In this document: positions 1 to 12,700 of the stretch, piece after piece
Numbering within the stretch: the first letter of the stretch is position 1
Layout: each line of letters opens with the position of its first letter
NCBI GenBank assembly: GCA_950097015.1
Contig: CATNEN010000039.1
Location: forward strand, 8,122,001-8,186,000
Reading direction: 5' to 3'
Source: Macrostomum hystrix
Lineage: Eukaryota; Animalia; Platyhelminthes
DNA: 64,000 nt
Notes under the pieces: model-generated
What the model was told of the DNA's origin: nothing
Database searches by the model: none
What the model saw: the letters and a program-made list of their open reading frames with translations, nothing else
Position numbers and translations under genes: made by a program

Positions 1-170
1 GATGGCAGTGATTGGATGGCAGTGATTGGATGGCAGTGATTGGATGGCAGTGATTGAATGGCAGTGATTGGATGGCAGTGATTGGATGGCAGTGATTGGA
101 TGGCAGTGATTGGATGGCAGTGATTGTATGGCAGTGATTGGATGGCAGTGATTGGATGGCAGTGATGGTA
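1..170. repeat. 14-bp minisatellite GATGGCAGTGATTG (runs off window edge)
   Basis: Direct inspection. Confidence 0.95.
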
Positions 171-494
171 TAATCAGGTTCAGCAATGCAGAGTTTACTT
201 ACTAACAAACACGCAGGCCTCCATAGTGAGAAGTGGATTAAAATCGTTCATGACTGCCTGCAGTTTTTGCTTTGTTGACGAGAACAGCAAATAATGCTTT
301 TCGATGCAATCGATGATAATGCTGAAATGTATGAAGTTCATTGTTTCAATGCAATAAAATTATTCTTCTAATAATTCTTCATTAACGGTTTAATTCTAAT
401 TGCTGACAACGAGAATCCAATGCCCTATATGACTACATGGCCAATTACGAGCAGAATTTCTACGATTATTAACGAAGCTATACGAGTAAATACC

Positions 495-1335
495 TTTACT
501 AGTACTAGTAGTACTGCTACTACTAGTACTTTTAATACAAATACTACCTCCGCTACTACTTCTAATAATACTATTACGACTACAAGTACTGCTACTACTT
601 CTTCTACTACTACTAGTACCACTACAACTACTACTTCTAATACTACTACTACTACTACGAGTACTACTACTTCTAATACTACTACTACTACAAGTACTAC
701 TACTACTTCTAATACTACTACTAGTACCACTACAACTACTGCTTCTATTACTACTACAACTACTACAAGTACTACTCTATACTTCTAATACTACTACTAC
801 TACAAGTACTGCTACTACTTCTAATAGTACTACTACTACAAGTACTGCTACTACTTCTAATAGTACTACTACTACAAGTACTGCTACTACTTCTAATACT
901 ACTACTACTACAAGTACTGCTACTACTTCTACTACAACTACTAGTACTACTACGACTACTACTTCTAATACTACTACTAGTACTACTACGACTACTACTT
1001 CTAATACTACTACTACTACTACGAGTACTACTACTTCTAATACTACTACTAGTACCACTACAACTACTGCTTCTAATACTACTACAACTACTACAAGTAC
1101 TACTCTATACTTCTAATACTACTACTACTACAAGTACTGCTACTACTTCTAATACTACTTCTAATAATACTTCTAATACTACTTCTAATACTACAAGTAT
1201 AATACAATACTACTATACAATACTACTACTACAAGTACTACTACTACTTCGAATACTACTATCACTGTTACTACTACTGTAAACAACCACAATTGCAAAT
1301 ACAACAACTGCTACTTACTTACACTACATACTACT
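495..1335. repeat. Degenerate (ACT)n microsatellite with higher-order ~33-36-bp units
   Basis: Direct inspection. Confidence 0.92.
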
Positions 1336-2063
1336 CAGAAAAAAGCATTAATGAAAGCAGAAAGACATAGCAAGCCAGCACTATCAGTAACTGACAGCAA
1401 ACAAGAATTAGCAATAAGTAAAATTAAAATTGTAATATAAGCATAGCAAATGGCGGCTCAGGTTATTATTATTATTTCTTACTGAAAGATGCGTTTTAAA
1501 CATGCACTCGCAGTCAATCAATATAAAATCGCATTCAGATCTTGCATTACGTAGTTTTTTATTTAAAACAAAAACTTTCATTGACTTCAATTTATTAATA
1601 AAATGCCCCAGCCAGAAATAAAGGTAAAACGAATCGAAGAAGAACGAATACTACTTTGGACAGAAAAAAACACAAACACATATTTTCTTCGACTAAAAGG
1701 ACTGCGTATAATCCATGATTAGTAATCCAAAAACCATCATCAATATGGTCGAAGCGGCTAGGGTGCATCTACACTAAAGCTTTTAATTCAGGCGAAACTG
1801 ACTCACGGTCGATAAGACAGAACGGAGCAATCGCTGCTCATTTCTTTCGCGAGGAAAAATGCTACGGACGCGGCAAAAGCAGAAAGATACATGTGCGCAC
1901 TAAATCAATGGTTGCAGCAGGTAAAAATTTGTGTGAAGTCGCTGCGAAATCTTAGTATTAGGCATTTTTGGGCAGCTGAATTCATGCCATTGTGTCGAGT
2001 AAACAAGGAAACACTTTTCATTCTTATTCTCTCGGATCCAAATCTGATTTCACATGGCAATAC

Positions 2064-3680
2064 CAATTGAACCCCATCTGAATCCCAATTGATCCTCATC
2101 TGAATCCCAATTGATCCCTATCTGAATCCCAATTGATCCCTATCTGAATCCCAATTGATCCCTATCTGAATCCCAATTGATCCCTATCTGAATCCCAATA
2201 AATACCCATCTGAATCCCAATTAATACCCATCTGAATCCCAATTAATACCCATCTGAATCCCAATTAATCCTCATCTGAATCCCAATTGATCCTCATCTG
2301 AATCCCAATTGATCCCTATCTGAATCCCAATTGATCCCTATCTGAATCCCAATTGATCCTCATCTGAATCCCAATTAATCCTCATCTGAATCCCAATTGA
2401 TCCTCATCTGAATCCCAATAAATACCCATCTGAATCCCAATTAATACCCATCTGAATCCCAATTAAGCCTCATCTGAATCCCAATTAATCCTCATCTGAA
2501 TCCCAATTAATCCTCATCTGAATCCCAATTGATCCCCATCTGAATCCCAATTGATCCTCATCTGAATCCCAATTGATCCCCATCTGAATCCCAATTGATC
2601 CTCATCTGAATCCCAATAAATACCCATCTGAATCCCAATTAATACCCATCTGAATCCCAATTAATCCTCATCTGAATCCCAATTGATCCTCATCTGAATC
2701 CCAATTAATCCTCATCTGAATCCCAATAAATACCCATCTGAATCCCAATTAATATCCATCTGAATCCCAATTAAGCCTCATCTGAATCCCAATTAATCCT
2801 CATCTGAATCCCAATTAATCCTCATCTGAATCCCAATTGATCCCCATCTGAATCCCAATTGATCCTCATCTGAATCCCAATTGATCCCCATCTGAATCCC
2901 AATTGATCCTCATCTGAATCCCAATAAATACCCATCTGAATCCCAATTAATACCCATCTGAATCCCAATTAATCCTCATCTGAATCCCAATTAATCCTCA
3001 TCTGAATCCCAATTAATCCTCATCTGAATCCCAATAAATACCCATCTGAATCCCAATTGATCCCCATCTGAATCCCAATTGATCCTCATCTGAATCCCAA
3101 TAAATACCCATCTGAATCCCAATTAATACCCATCTGAATCCCAATTAATATCCATCTGAATCCCAATTAAGCCTCATCTGAATCCCAATTAATCCTCATC
3201 TGAATCCCAATTAATCCTCATCTGAATCCCAATTGATCCTCATCTGAATCCCAATTGATCCTCATCTGAATCCCAATTGATCCCCATCTGAATCCCAATT
3301 GATCCTCATCTGAATCCCAATTGATCCCCATCTGAATCCCAATTGATCCTCATCTGAATCCCAATAAATACCCATCTGAATCCCAATTAATACCCATCTG
3401 AATCCCAATTGATCCTCATCTGAATCCCAATTGATCCCCATCTGAATCCCAATTAATCCTCATCTGAATCCCAATTGATCCTCATCTGAATCCCAATTGA
3501 TCCCCATCTGAATCCCAATTGATCCTCATCTGAATCCCAATTGATCCTCATCTGAATCCCAATTAATACCCATCTGAATCCCAATTAATCCTCATCTGAA
3601 TCCCAATTGATCCCCATCTGAATCCCAATTGATCCTCATCTGAATCCCAATTGATCCCCATTATATTCCCTCTGATCCCC
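2064..3680. repeat. 22-bp minisatellite CATCTGAATCCCAATTGATCCT
   Basis: ~70 copies. Confidence 0.95.
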
Positions 3681-3804
3681 ATCAAATTCCCCAGTGAACC
3701 CAATCAAAACTGCCATGGATTCCGATCTGCGTTGTTCCCATTGATCAAATTTGGAGTCCCCATTTGAAACCTAAGCAGAATCCCTAGAATTAATCATAGT
3801 AATT

Positions 3805-4105
3805 GAATAATAGATTACACCTGCCCCAATTGGGCCATGTGTGCAGCCGACAGCACAGCCTCAGCTAATGCGCGGCGCATCTGAAGGCTGCGTACAGCTG
3901 TTCAGTCCATGGACTGGGGGATGCCACACGCACCTTCAATTATCCCAGCTAATGCTGGTACCCATTTTAACAGCTGGGTGAACTGAAGCAATGCAGAGTT
4001 AAGTGTCTCTCGCTAAAGGACACAAATTGTTTCAGTGGAGTCGGGAATCGAACCCCCGATCTTTAAGCCGTGAGCCAGACGCCCTGACCACTAGGCTACA
4101 ACCTC
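3805..4105 (-). mobile_element. SINE family A, full-length copy
   Basis: Near-identical to 53944-54250. Confidence 0.85.
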
Positions 4106-4854
4106 TTGCTTAGCCTAAACTAAATTAAGTATGCCTATAATTTGATAGTGCAGTTCAGCTGCCACTAAGCCACAAATATCCCCAAACCCATAGTGAAATA
4201 CAATTGTACTTGCACAGCAAAGATGACGAACATTAAGCTAGTATTAGGCAAAAATTCGCTAAGTGAGGAAAGCAAATACATAGCAAGAATACACGATTTA
4301 GAATAGCATAGTAAGATTCATCCAAGTTTATTCAAGCAATTAGCATAGAGTGACAGTGTTTAGCTGGGGCAGACATGCGACACCCAGAGCCTGCCTGAAT
4401 TTTTTCGTATAAAATAAACTAATATTTATGTAGAAAAAAAGCTGCGAATACTACTCAGGACAGATGCAGTAATATCTAAGGAAATCTTTTCACAATAGTT
4501 GGGCATGTTTTTGCTACTGTTAAGCTTTTATTGCCGCGTTGAGAAAAAGAGACGTGCGTCAATCATTTTGATGGTCTTGTTGAATAACAATATTGCGCAG
4601 CTGGTAATATTAAATATCTGCAAGACACAGACTGTACTGTATTTGATCGATGTATGATTAGTAATCCAAACAGCAATCAGAGAAGATTGCCAATTCAAAG
4701 GAAGATCTTGAAGACAAAGCGGTGAGACTAAAAATATTGAATATATATATATGTATACACAAGTACGGTCAAAATATAATTCAATATATTTCAATAGTAA
4801 TACAGGCCAGACTAAACTGCGACTATTTCTTTGCGAAAGTTGCCTTACTTTCGC

Positions 4855-5910
4855 CTCAGTACTTCTTTGGTCCTTCTCTGGTCCTTCTGTGGTCCTTCAC
4901 TCAGTCCTTCTCTGGTCCTTCACTCAGTCCTTCTCCGGTTCTTCACTTAGTCCTTCTCCGGTCCTTTACTCAGTCCTTCTCTGGTCCTTCACCCAGTTCT
5001 TCTCCGGTCCTTCACTTAATCCTTCTGTGGTCCTTCACTCAGTCTTTCTCTGGTCCTTCACCCAGTTCTTCTCCGGTCCTTCATTTAGTCCTTCACTTAG
5101 TCCTTCTGTGGTCCTTCTCTGGTCCTTCACTTAGTCCTTCTGTGGTCCTTCACTTAGTCCTTCTGTGGTCCTTCACTCAGTCCTTCACTTAGTCCTTCTG
5201 TGGTCCTTCACTCAGTCCTTCACTTAGTCCTTCTGTGGTCCTTCACTCAGTCCTTCTCTGGTCCTTCTGTGGTCCTTCTCTGGTCCTTCACTTAGTCCTT
5301 CTGTGGTCCTTCACTTAGTCCTTCTCCGGTCCTTCACTTAGTCCTTCTCCGGTCCTTCACTCAGTCCTTCTCTGGTTCTTCACTTAGTCCTTCTCCGGTT
5401 CTTCACTCAGTCCTTCTCTGGTCCTTCACCCAGTTCTTCTCCGGTCCTTCATTTAGTCCTTCACTGGTCCATTACTTAGCCCTTCTCTGGTCCATTACTC
5501 AGTACTTCACTTGGTCCTTCTCTGGTCCTTCACTCAGTCCTTCACTTAGTCCCTCTGCGGTCTTTCACCCAGTTTTTCTCTGGTCCCTCACTCAGTCCTT
5601 CTCTGGTCCTTCACTTAGTCCTTCTCTTGTCCTTCACTTAGTCCTTCTGTGGTCCTTCACCCAGTTCTTCTCGGGTCCTTCACTCAGTCCTTCACCCAGT
5701 CCTTGTCTGGTCCTTCACCCAGTCCTTCTCTGGTCCTAATTTTAAAAATTAAAAGGACTGAGTGGTTCTTCACTCAGTTCTTCTGTGGTCCTTCACCCAG
5801 TCCTTCACTCAGTCCTTTACTTAGTCCTTCTCTGGTCCTTCACCCAGTCCTTCACTCAGTTCTTTACTTAGTCCTTCTCTGGTCCTTCACTCAGTCCTTC
5901 TCTGGTCCTA
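4855..5910. repeat. Composite 11/12-bp array (TTCACTCAGTCC / TTCTCTGGTCC)
   Basis: Direct inspection. Confidence 0.92.
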
Positions 5911-6602
5911 ATTGTAAACCTAAAATTTCTGCAGTCAAATTCTAAAAATTAGTGATTATATTTATAATTATTAAGGAACTAAAAATCATGAATTATGAAA
6001 TGATCAATTATGAAAGATATTAAAAATCTTACTCTGTATCAAATGATAAATTTCGATTCCAAGAAAATGTGTCGATCCATGACAAGCCTAACTGGTCACG
6101 CGGACTAGATCACATTCAATGAAATTACATAAAAATAGAAGTACAGATTACTTAATTTCCTCTGTTAGAGAGAAGAAACACCGAAAATAAGGTTAGCAAG
6201 TCATGCACAGCAAATAATTAGAGCATATAAAGCAATATGACTCATTAATGATGATTATATTGGTTACATTTAGCTTCGAAAAAAGTAAACACGCACATTA
6301 AAACCTTTTTTAATTCAATAAAGGTTGTTAAACTCAAAATCTACAGCACTTAAGGACTAGGAGTGTTATTAAAAAACTGGCAATCTTTAAAAAAGATAAA
6401 ATATTTAAATTCAACACGCGCAATGCCTACTAACAGTAGCGCACATGTTTTAATTAATTCGTTTTTAAGCGACGGCAATTTAACAATATTTTAACAGCTG
6501 CTGGATGACTAAAAAAGTATTAATTTTCTGTTTCAACAATCGATCAACCAATAAATTAATCGGCTAAGAGAAACACGTGCATTATTTAATGAATGAAAGA
6601 TT

Positions 6603-6732
6603 TCAGATGAGGTGAGATTCTCTAGACGCGCCCTGCCTGATGAGATCGGCTGAACCGCCCGCTTCGACAGTCTCGGCTAGCAGGCCCTTGCGGCGCAAGA
6701 TTTCCGCCTTGGCCGCGTCCGCATCAGCATCT
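6603..6732 (-). CDS. MICAL: MICAL terminal exon
   Basis: ttcccag acceptor phase 2; DADADAAKAEILRRKGLLAETVEAGGSADLIRQGASRESHLI*. Confidence 0.78.
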
Positions 6733-9700
6733 CTGGGAATTGTAAAGTTCATCTTTTATTTACAATATAGCTAACATATTGACTCGAAGCCAATCACGAG
6801 AGACATAGATAGTCAGCCAATAGGAAAACATTGATAGTCAGCCAATAGGAAAACATTGATAGTCAGCCAATAGGAAAACATTGATAGACAGCCAATAGGA
6901 AAACATTGATAGTCAGCCTATAGGAAAACATTGATAGTCAGCCTATAGGAAAACATTGATAGTCAGCCTATAGGAAAACATTGATAGACAGCCTATAGGA
7001 AAACATTGATAGTCAGCCTATAGGAAAACATTGATAGTCAGCCTATAGGAAAACATTGATAGTCAGCCTATAGGAAAACATTGATAGTCAGCCTATAGGA
7101 AAACACTGATAGTCAGCCTATAGGAAAACATTGATAGTCAGCTAATAGGAAAACATAGATAGACAGCCAATAGGAAAACATTGATAGTCAGCTAATAGGA
7201 AAACATTGATAGACAGCCAATAGGAAAACATTGATAGACAGCCAATAGGAAAACATTGATAGACAGCCAATAGGAAAACATTGATAGACAGCCAATAGGA
7301 AAACATTGATAGACAGCCAATAGGAAAACATAGACAGCCAATAGGAAAACATTGATAGACAGCCAATAGGAAAACATAGATAGACAGCCAATAGGAAAAC
7401 ATTGATAGTCAGCCAATAGGACAACATAGATAGATAATTTCTATCAAATAAGAAATATTGGATGGCCAGCCAATCTAGAAGCAAATCGATTTGCCAGTCG
7501 ATCAAGAAAATTCTGATAGATTTTGATGAAAACCAACAAACAGTAACATATAAAGTAGCAGCGAATCAGAAAACAGATATAGAGTGCCAGCTAATAGGAA
7601 ACCAAAAAGAGTGCCAGCCAATCAGAAAATGGATAGCGTGACAGCCAATCAGAAAAGAAATTTAGCGCCAGCCAATCAGCAAAGAGATTTAGTGCCAGCC
7701 AATCAGAAATGGATAGAGTGCCAGCCAAAAGGCAAGCAGAAAAACGCATACCTGAGCCTCAACTCCTCCAGCTCCGCAACTTGTCGATCCCTCTCGCAAG
7801 TGACGTCTAACCGCATGCGCACAATGCCCCTCTCCAGAGTTTCGTGATGATCCGTGCGCTCCGACTGCGGCAGAGACATCAGGCGCCGGAAGCAATCTAA
7901 GAGTTTCTCTTCCAGTTCCAACAGTTGAAGCTCTTTCAGCTCGCAGCTGAGCTCGTGCTCAAGCCGCTGCAGGGCGTCCTTCTCTTCCACTAGGGCCACC
8001 AATCGCTTGTTGTCTATGGCATCGCCGGCGGCTGCCGCGCTGACAAATTTTGAACGCTCAGCTTCAAGCTCCATGGTGCGGGTCTAAAAGTTTCAGATTT
8101 CAGAAATGGCATCTGGCTATTGTAAGCTGGCATCTTGCTACTGTAAACTGGCATCTTGCTACTGTAAACTGGCATCTCGCTACTGTAAACTGCCATCTTG
8201 CTACTGTAAACTGGCATCTTGCTACTGTAAACTGGCATCTTGCTACTGTAAACTGGCATCTTGCTACTGTAAACTGGCATCTCGCTACTGTAAACTGCCA
8301 TCTTGCTACTGTAAACTGCCATCTTGCTACTGTAAACTGGCATCTTGCTACTGTAAACTGGCATCTCACTACTGTAAACTGGCATCTTGCTACTGTAAAC
8401 TGGCATCTTGCTACTGCAAACTGGCATCTCGCTACTGTAAACTGCCATCTTGCTACTGTAAACTGCCATCTTGCTACTGTAAACTGGCATCTTGCTACTG
8501 TAAACTGGCATCTCACTACTGTAAACTGGCATCTTGCTACTGTAAACTGGCATCTTGCTACTGTAAACTGGCATCTTGCTACTGTAAACTGGCATCTCAC
8601 TACTGTAAACTGGCATCTTGCTACTGTAAACTGGCATCTTAATAGCCTTGATTCAGGCTGATCATCACCTGAGCCAGCACCATTTTCGCGCGCAACTCCT
8701 TGGCGGCCTCTTCGCGTCGTTCGCTTCCTGGTACGGTAGACGGCAGCAGCGAGTCGATCTCCTGGCGAAGCGAATCGGAAAGGACGTAACGAGAATAAAC
8801 ACTGCCTGGACGGGCCTGCTGCGGCTGCTGCGGCGGCTGCTGCTGCTGCTGTTGCCGCCGTAGTGCCGGACCAGCCGCCTCAGGCGTTGGCGTGTCGCTG
8901 TGCTCAGTCTCGGATTTATTCGACTCATTTTCACCTCGGCGACTTCTAGCGCCGCCCTCGCCATTGCTTGTTCCTGGAGATCGATCCTGTTGCTGCTGCT
9001 GCTGCTGCTCGCGCTGGGTCTTTGTCAACTTCCGCTTCTTTTTCATCTTTTTAGCCGGCTGAGATTTCGACTTGCCGACAATGCGAGCGGAGGGCTTAAA
9101 AAACTTCTTTAAACGGCTGCCGCCGCCGCTGTGGGTGGGAGAATCCTTAGCCTCGACTTCCTCGACCTTCACATCGTCATACTGACTGTCGCCATCGTCC
9201 TCCTCGCTGCTAGTAGTTGCTGTTGCCGACGACTGCTGCCGCCTGGCCAGCAGCTCCTCGGCTGTCACCACCGAGGCGGCGCTGGACGGCGACGTCAGGC
9301 CGAGTGGCGAGCCGGCAAGGCCGGACTGCGGCGACATCGCAGCGGCCGACTCGAGCGTCGGTCGCATCAACGGCTTTGGCGAAAACTTCTGCACCGGCTT
9401 AACTTCTTGGTAGCCTCCATCGTCGTCGCCTTCACCATCGCTGCCGCCGTCAACAGTCTTAGCGTCCTCATCATCGTCGTCTTCTTCACTCTTGGCTGCG
9501 GCGCGATTGTCTTCATCGGACGAAGAGGACTCGAGGTCCGTGTCGAGGACGGCGCGAGATGCCCTGCTGCCCGGTGCATTTTCGTTCTCTTCAGCGTCGT
9601 CGTCTCGACCGCCGTCTCCGTCGTCGTCGAGCGGAATGTCGACTGCGCCAGGTCCCCCGCCACCGAAATAGCTGACAATGTTCAACGATGCCTGACTGTG

Positions 9701-12700
9701 TGCTAGCTCCTTGTACATGTCGGGAAATGAAGGCTGATTTAGTGGAACAATTTTGACCCGCTCGCCACTCTTCGGCGACGGCTTCTTCTGGCTACTCATC
9801 TGGCTTCTTGCCTCAGCCTCGGCATTGTCTGCCGATTGAGCCGCCGCGGTAACAACAGGCGATTCCTTAACTGGCACCTGCGACTGCGTTACAGGCGCCG
9901 GGATTCGAACTCTGGCCACCGCTTCCGGTGCCGGCTTCTCCGCAGCTGCCAACGGCGCTGTCAACATCGTCGTAGTTGTGGCGGTCCTGATCACGGTCGA
10001 CACCGGAGCAAATGTTGACTGCGTCGGCGCAGCAGCAGCAGCAGCAGCAGCAGTATTAGGCACTGCTACGGGCATCATCATTAGATTCTGCTCCAGCATC
10101 CGGTCTAAAACAGGCGTAGCCCGACCGGAAGTGGCCGGACTGGCAGCTTCAGTCGGCGTGCCAGACGAGTCGTAGGTCCACACCGACTGGCTGTCGGCGT
10201 CCGGGAAGTGGCCCTCGGGAAAGTATGCTTCGTAAGGCGACGGTGCCGCTGCTGGCTGCAGATGGGGCTGTCCGGCTGAAGCTTCCGCAGCGTCCAGAGC
10301 AGCTTCCCGATAGCGCCTTCGCTGATCGATCTGGCGCCTGGCTGCCTCTAGGCTAGCCAAGAAGTCGTCAGACATTGTGTCGATATCGCCGTCGTGCAAA
10401 TCGGCCTCAACGAAGACGTAGTCAAAGGAGTCCTCCAGCCGATCGCTGCTGCCCGGAGTGGGCACCTGATGCAGCAGCTGGCGCGCCTTGGTGGCATCGG
10501 CGTCCAGATTCAGGTCGGCTGGAGGCGACGACGCCGCGGATTGGAAAGAGGAGGAGAAGTGGGTGGAGTCACGTGACATGTGGCCGCTCGCCATCTGTTT
10601 TATAATTTTTAGCCTCAGACATGTGGCGCTAAATTCCACACTCCAGGCGCAGGTTAAGTAAGAAAAAATGATACAAAGTACACTGGTCACATGCACGCAT
10701 ACACCTGATTGTGTACATTCTCCCCTCCCCAGATAGGCGAGCCAGATAAACACTGACAAGACAGAGTGAGTGAGTTCAGATTGAGCTAGCTGAATAAATA
10801 TTTGAGTATTCTTTTTTAGAAAATGACAACAATTACAAGTTTAAAATAAAGTATTGGTTTACCAAGACGTAAAAGGTTGCCATTTTTATTGAATTGCGCA
10901 GAAACACAGACAGAGACAGTGAGAAGACAGAGAGGTCTTAAAGACCTAAAGCCAATTTCTACTGCGCAACTGGTGAAATTTCGTTTATCTTCTATTTCCT
11001 GAGCATCAAGCTGTAACAAGCTGCGGACCGCAATGCCAATGTGGCACAGATTTTGTATATCTTTTAAAACACTGGAACAGTGCTGAAATTACACTCAACA
11101 TTAGCACTCAAGAATAGTGTCAGATGGAAGAGAGTCAGATAAGGGGCGGGAAGAGAGTCAGATAGAAGATGGAAGAGAGTCAGATAGAAGATGGAAGAGA
11201 GTCAGATAGAAGACAGTCAAATTAAAGGCAGGAAGAGTGTCAGATAAGAGGCAGGGAGAGAGTCAGATAAGAGGCAGGGAGAGAGTCAGATAAGAGGCAG
11301 GGATAGAGTCAGATAAGAGGCAGGGATAGAGTCAGATAAATTGCAGGGATAGAGTCAGATAAGAGGCAGGGATAGAGTCAGATAAGAGGCGGGGAGAGAG
11401 TCAGATAAGAGGCAGGGATAGAGTCAGATAAGAGGCAGGGATAGAGTCAGATAAGAGGCGGGGAAAGAGTCAGATAAGAGGCGGGTAGGGAGTCAGATAA
11501 GAGGCGGAGAGAGAGTCAGAGATATGCGAAGAGTCAGTGATGTGAGATCAGTTTATACATATTAAGTGCGGCAATGAATAGCTCAAGTCAGGAGCAGGGC
11601 ATGGATAAGTGGGGAGATGGCTAGCTAGTGCGAGTCTCGTTATAAAATAGTATTATCTCAGACCACAGCACAGTGGTATGCGGGGGCGAGCGAAAGATTA
11701 GCACTTTACACAGTCGAATGCGCGCCCTATCCGATATAGCGCACAATACTCGTACTATATCGACAGTGGGACATTGCGGTGGTGCCCAGAATGGGATAAG
11801 GGGGATGGTAGATGAGGGGAAAGAGGATGGGAGTGAGGCGAGGCAGGGCTGGGTTAAGATTCTAGTGGCCCAGAGGAACTGAAAGAAAAATGCGGCCAAG
11901 GGTGACCGGAGGCGGAGTTCAGAAGTGGTAGACAGAGGCTGCGGGCAATGAATGAAAGCAGGAGAAGGAAATGATTAAAAGCTCTGTGTGGCTTGGACTA
12001 TTGATATCGAGGTGTGGCCAGCTCTCACACAGCAGGACTTTAAGCGCTTTACTATATACAAGTTTGAGGGGGGTGAGTGGCAGAGCGGTTAACGCGTTTG
12101 CCTCTCGCACCAAGGTCCCTGAACTCGAACCTGAACCCGCGGCGAAACCACACATTTATTTGGGGCAAAGGCACAGTGAGAGTGTACACTGCCTGACGAT
12201 GGGAAAGTTAGGGCAGATGTACACACCTGTGTGAGTGTGTGCTGAGGAGTCAGCGGAATGGGCAGAATTGCCTCCTCGCTGGCTGCGGGTTTAGTGTCAC
12301 CAAATGATGTGCCATTGCCCGCAGCCCTCCTGCAAATATTACTATTACTATAAACTAGTTGTGGCTAATAGTCGAGGAGCAAATTCGAGCTCGTAGCCCA
12401 GTAATTAGCAACTTCGGACTTTTGTCCAAGAGGTCGTGAGTTCGAATCTCAGATTATTAAGAAATCAATTAGTCTTACTCGAGCAAGGTACTTTTAATTC
12501 CCTAGGTCATTGGTTCACCCTACTGACTAGACAGACTTTTTTTACTTTTCGGACAAGTTTTCAATCGAAGCCAAACTCACCAGCTGTCTCCGAGGGCATG
12601 TGGTCCAGCTCGGTACCCTACTGACTAGACAGACTTTTTTTACTTTTCGGACAAGTTTTCAATCGAAGCCAAACTCACCAGCTGTCTTCGAGGGCATGTG

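Noticed and set aside
420-1058. Thr-rich mucin-like and Val-rich ORFs
   Set aside because: Products of an (ACT)n microsatellite; the frame breaks at ~780; no signal peptide or splice support.
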